Assembly: GCA_963674735.2 (NCBI GenBank)
Contig: CAXXQS010000002.1
Coordinates: forward strand, 896,001 to 960,000
Direction of reading: 5' to 3'
Length of the DNA stretch: 64,000 nucleotides
Source of the DNA: Myxococcota bacterium
GTDB taxonomy: Bacteria > Myxococcota_A > SURF-8
The position numbers were made by a program, and so were the translations under genes. The notes beneath the pieces were generated by a model. The model was not told the origin of the DNA, did no database searches, and saw nothing but the letters and a program-made list of their open reading frames with translations. This document shows, piece by piece, positions 60,318-64,000 of this stretch (positions are counted from its first letter, which is position 1; each line of letters begins with the position of its first letter).

Positions 60318-62030
60318 ATGCCTGCCTCGTCGATTCGTTTCGCCGTGGGTCTTTTCATTTTCGGTTGGCTTTTCGCAAGCGCCAGCCAGGCCGCCGACAC
60401 CCGCTCCGCCGTCCTCGATGCCATGAAAAGCGAATTGGACCGCTCGGTGAAACGGCTGCAACTGGACGGATTCGAGTCGCCCTATTTCATCAGCTATGCG
60501 CTCAAAACCCACGACACACGCACCCTCACCGTTCGGTATGAATCGGTGTTCCGTGCCAACCAGCAACTCGACGGCGAGTTGTACGTGGAAACCCGGGTGG
60601 GGGATTATCGCTTCGACAACACCGGCCAATTCGACGGTTATTTTCCCTTCGCCACAGAGGAGGGTCTGCCGATATCGGAAGCCGCTCCCATCGACGGCAA
60701 TCTGACAGCCCTTAAAAATGCCCTGTGGCTGCTTACCGATCGCTCCTATAAAGAGGCGCTCAACCAGTTTCAGCAGAAAAAGGGAAAAGCCGTCTACGAA
60801 CGTCCCGACACGACCACCCCAAGCTTCAGCCGGGAGACACCCGCCCGTCATTTCGACACACCCCTGCCCTTTCATTTCGATGATAAGGCCTGGGCGACGC
60901 GACTCAAGGCGGTGTCGCGCCAATTCGCCACCCACCCCGAAATCCTGCAACACCAATTACGACTAGCCACCGAAAAGCAGCAACGCTATTTCGTATCGAG
61001 CGAAGGGGCACGGCTGGTCACCGAGCGGGTGCTTTTTTCGTTGACGGTCGATGCCGAAGCGCGCGCCGAGGACGACATGGTGTTGACGGATTCCGTCGCT
61101 TTCTATGCCGCCTCGGAAAAGGAATTGCCCGCGCAAGCTCAGCTTGAAGCCGCCGTGACGGAATTGATCGCCGGATTGGTGGCCCTGAAAAACGCCCCTC
61201 TACTCGACCCCTATTCCGGTCCGGCCATTCTGGCGCCACGCGCCACCGGCGTGTTGATCCACGAAGCGGTGGGACACCGGCTGGAAGGCGAACGGCTGAT
61301 GAGCGACGACGAAGGCCGCACCTACAAAGGCCAGATCGGCCAGCGTATCCTGCCGGAATTCCTCGATGTTCTCGACGATCCCACGCAGGCGCGTTTCGGC
61401 GACACGCATTTAAACGGTTTCTATCGTTTCGACGACGAAGGCGTACCCGCGCAGGCGGTCACCCTGGTGGAAGGGGGCGTGCTCAAGAATTTTCTGCTTT
61501 CGCGCGCGCCGATCGAGGGCTTCGTTCATTCCAACGGCCACGGCCGGGCTTCCGGCACGCGCAAGCCCATGGCCCGCATGGGCAATACGTTTCTGTTCTC
61601 GCACCGCTGCGTCCCGATGGAGGAACTCAAACAGCGCCTGATTGAAATGGTCAAAGCGCAAAACAAGCCGTACGGCCTGATCATCCACAACATGGAGGGC
61701 GGCTCCACCAACACCTCCAGCTATGGCTATCAGGCGTTCAAAGGCATTCCGCAACTCGTGTGGCGCGTCTTCCCCGATGGCCGCGAGGAACTGGTACGCG
61801 GGGTGGAACTGGTGGGCACGCCCATCGCCTCGATCAACAAGATCGTCCTGACCAGCGACACCCCCGAGGTGTTCAACGGTTTTTGCGGCGCGGAATCGGG
61901 TTACGTCCCGGTGTCGGCCATCGCTCCGGCGGTGCTGCTGTCGGAACTCGAACTGCAGCGCAAGAAAGAAGACAAGGCGCGCCCCCCCATTCTGCCCAGT
62001 CCGTTTAACGGTGAAACGGCAAAGCCGTAA
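60318..62030 (+). CDS. tldD: TldD/PmbA-family metalloprotease with signal peptide
   Basis: AAGGAG RBS; signal peptide ...SQA-A; HEAVGHRLEG, DDP, DDEG, SNGHGR, RMGN, GFCGAESG.VPV. Confidence 0.88.
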   Translation: MPASSIRFAVGLFIFGWLFASASQAADTRSAVLDAMKSELDRSVKRLQLDGFESPYFISYALKTHDTRTLTVRYESVFRANQQLDGELYVETRVGDYRFDNTGQFDGYFPFATEEGLPISEAAPIDGNLTALKNALWLLTDRSYKEALNQFQQKKGKAVYERPDTTTPSFSRETPARHFDTPLPFHFDDKAWATRLKAVSRQFATHPEILQHQLRLATEKQQRYFVSSEGARLVTERVLFSLTVDAEARAEDDMVLTDSVAFYAASEKELPAQAQLEAAVTELIAGLVALKNAPLLDPYSGPAILAPRATGVLIHEAVGHRLEGERLMSDDEGRTYKGQIGQRILPEFLDVLDDPTQARFGDTHLNGFYRFDDEGVPAQAVTLVEGGVLKNFLLSRAPIEGFVHSNGHGRASGTRKPMARMGNTFLFSHRCVPMEELKQRLIEMVKAQNKPYGLIIHNMEGGSTNTSSYGYQAFKGIPQLVWRVFPDGREELVRGVELVGTPIASINKIVLTSDTPEVFNGFCGAESGYVPVSAIAPAVLLSELELQRKKEDKARPPILPSPFNGETAKP

Positions 62031-62140
62031 ACCAAGAAACGAAGACGGCTGTCGGAATTCCTTGTCGCAGGCCGCGCAAACACGCTACTCTGGATGAAAA
62101 CGTTCCTCGACCGTGATCGTTCGCAAAGGATTTCGCAGAC

Positions 62141-63076
62141 ATGGCCAGTCTCGGCTACATCCAGGTGGTGCGCATCTGCAATCAGACCTGCCGCTTTTGC
62201 TCGAACCCGGAAAACGGCCGCGAGCTGCCCCTCGCCGACGCCAAGCGCCTGGTGGACGACTTCAAGGAGCGCGGCTTCGACGGCGTCATCATCACCGGTG
62301 GCGAACCCACCTTGTATCCGCACCTGGCCGAATTGATCCGCTACACCGATACGCGCGACATGCCCAGCCGTCTGATCACCAACGGCCAGACCACCGCCGA
62401 CCGCCCCTACCTGCTCTCGCTGGTGAACGCCGGTCTGCGCCACATCAACGTCTCGGTGCACAGCCACAAACCCGCCGTGCAAGCCTTCATCAGCGGCAAC
62501 CGCGACTCGCTGGCCAACACCGTGCGCACCCTGCATCATCTGGCGCGTCTGCCGGTGACGGTGGACCTCAATCAGACCGTCTGCGCCCACAACGCCGACC
62601 ACGTCGACGAAACCATCCGCTGGCTGTGCGAACGCTTCCCGCACATCCGGCACGTGTCGTGGACCTACCTCGATCCTTACATGAATCGCGTCGCCGAAAA
62701 TCCGGATGTGGTGCCGCGCCTTCGGGACTCCGAACGCGCCGTGCTGGCCGCTATGCGCTATCTGCAGGCCAGCGGACGCAGCTTTCGCATGGAAAAACTG
62801 CCGCTGTGCTACATGGGCGAATTCGCCCATTGTTCCACCGAAACCCGCAAATTGGTGAAAAACGAGGCCATCGCCATCGAGTTTCTTGACGAACGCGCAC
62901 GCGTGGACCAAGGGATGTGGTATTACGGCAAAGCGCTGACCTGCAAGACCTGCACGCTGGAGCCGATCTGCGCCGGACTGTGGGATATCGAAAACAGCTA
63001 CGACCCCGCCGAACTGCGCCCGCAGACGAACGACCCCCAAGCCGTCATCGACAAGATTTTAAAGGATGAGGAGTGA
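62141..63076 (+). CDS. Radical SAM protein with C-terminal Cys cluster (HxsC-like architecture)
   Basis: CNQTCRFC, TGGEPT, TNG; LPLCYM; CKTCTLEPICAG. Confidence 0.9.
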   Translation: MASLGYIQVVRICNQTCRFCSNPENGRELPLADAKRLVDDFKERGFDGVIITGGEPTLYPHLAELIRYTDTRDMPSRLITNGQTTADRPYLLSLVNAGLRHINVSVHSHKPAVQAFISGNRDSLANTVRTLHHLARLPVTVDLNQTVCAHNADHVDETIRWLCERFPHIRHVSWTYLDPYMNRVAENPDVVPRLRDSERAVLAAMRYLQASGRSFRMEKLPLCYMGEFAHCSTETRKLVKNEAIAIEFLDERARVDQGMWYYGKALTCKTCTLEPICAGLWDIENSYDPAELRPQTNDPQAVIDKILKDEE

Positions 63077-63085
63077 GAGGGGGAG

Positions 63086-64000
63086 CTAGAGCTTGGAAAT
63101 CGCTTTCCACAACGGATCGTCACTCGTTGTCAATTTCGTGAAAATCGAGCTTATCCGCTTGGTATGCTTTCGTTGTGGATGATAAACATAACCATCCACG
63201 CCCTTGTTTCGGGTAACAATGTTTTCTGCCAATAGCAAATTCAGAATTCTTTTCGTGATTTTAATGTCTTCTGGCGTTCCCAACTGATTGGATAAAGTCG
63301 TTTCTCTTCTCCCACCTCCGGCCTGAAAAAAGAGCTTCTTGACGATCGTCAGGAAAATCTGCTGATTTTTTTGCAATCCTGCATGTTTGATTCTCGTCAC
63401 CGTATTGATGGCTTCATAGTTCTGAATGTCATTCTCATGGAACCAATCCGGCAATCCTTCCTCCGATGAGATTCCATAGAGTTGCTGAATAATACAGTTT
63501 TCGATGCTCACATTATCTGTTTGGCAATCCGTAATATCAAAGAATTCGATGATTGAGTCCTTAATTGTCAGATTTTTCACCTTCGCTTTGGCAAAATCCA
63601 GATGATGAAAATGGGCATCGGATAACGTCAGTTTGTTGAAATCCGTCACTCTGTTTTCCGCCATTAGAAGTGCCGACAGAATATCGCCCGACAATATTTT
63701 ATTAAAGCGGCTTGCCGATCGTTGCATCAAGCTCAAATAGCCACTGGTATTCGACGTTGCATGGTATTCCTGGGCAACCAAAGCCAACCCAAAACGTCTG
63801 AGAGGATTTTGCCAGAGCTCATCGATAACACCTTGATAGTCGATCAAGTTAGTCTGATCGATCAGGTCTTCCGCACGCAATCCATCCAGGATATAATGGT
63901 CCACAAATTGCCGGTCGCTGGTTTCGGAGGTAAAACGTCCCAAACCGGGCAAACGCTGAAGCATTGCCGAGGAATCCTCCGCAGGCGGATTACCCGTTAC
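63086..64000 (-). CDS. C-terminal part of a probable NACHT/STAND NTPase-type protein (5' end outside window)
   Basis: Frame open to the window edge; LQRLPGL...RQFVD..ILDGLRA resembles the post-NACHT helical/winged-helix region; visibly AT-richer than its neighbours. Confidence 0.5.
   Translation of the reverse strand, partial: VTGNPPAEDSSAMLQRLPGLGRFTSETSDRQFVDHYILDGLRAEDLIDQTNLIDYQGVIDELWQNPLRRFGLALVAQEYHATSNTSGYLSLMQRSASRFNKILSGDILSALLMAENRVTDFNKLTLSDAHFHHLDFAKAKVKNLTIKDSIIEFFDITDCQTDNVSIENCIIQQLYGISSEEGLPDWFHENDIQNYEAINTVTRIKHAGLQKNQQIFLTIVKKLFFQAGGGRRETTLSNQLGTPEDIKITKRILNLLLAENIVTRNKGVDGYVYHPQRKHTKRISSIFTKLTTSDDPLWKAISKL

Noticed and set aside
62031-62140. RiPP precursor between tldD and the radical SAM gene
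   Set aside because: No small ORF with a convincing RBS and stop; the ATG at 62094 runs into the radical SAM gene out of frame.

Overview
GC-rich bacterial chromosome segment. The gene content (Cys-rich/VWA surface lipoproteins, fused MalEF, MJ0042 zinc-ribbon, extra Hsp70, PFOR/IOR/Ptb/Buk) suggests an anaerobic or facultative Myxococcota-like deltaproteobacterium; this is an inference. In order, the window holds: a 5'-truncated multi-PAS hybrid kinase; a giant Cys-rich lipoprotein; a maltodextrin operon (SGNH-like lipoprotein, porin, GH13, MalK, MalEF, MalG); frr-Hsp70-REC/J; hutH-S58 peptidase-cupin; a VWA lipoprotein next to a GT-C pair; thpR; a fermentation cluster (nifJ, gctAB-like, ptb, buk, iorAB); radC; an FAD/FeS oxidoreductase; dksA; priA; glnA; an MFS transporter; a GGDEF protein; TldD; a radical SAM enzyme; and the 3' end of an AT-richer putative NACHT gene. 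I saw no rRNA, tRNA, CRISPR array or transposase. The most novel-looking signals lie in the 43.5-44.1 kb intergenic region, which the ORF track leaves essentially empty. It contains an unannotated 30-aa membrane peptide gene and radC, each with its own divergent sigma54-type promoter (plus an IHF site and enhancer-like repeats), and a multi-stem RNA-like leader in front of PFOR. All family calls come from motif recognition by eye; no database searches were run.
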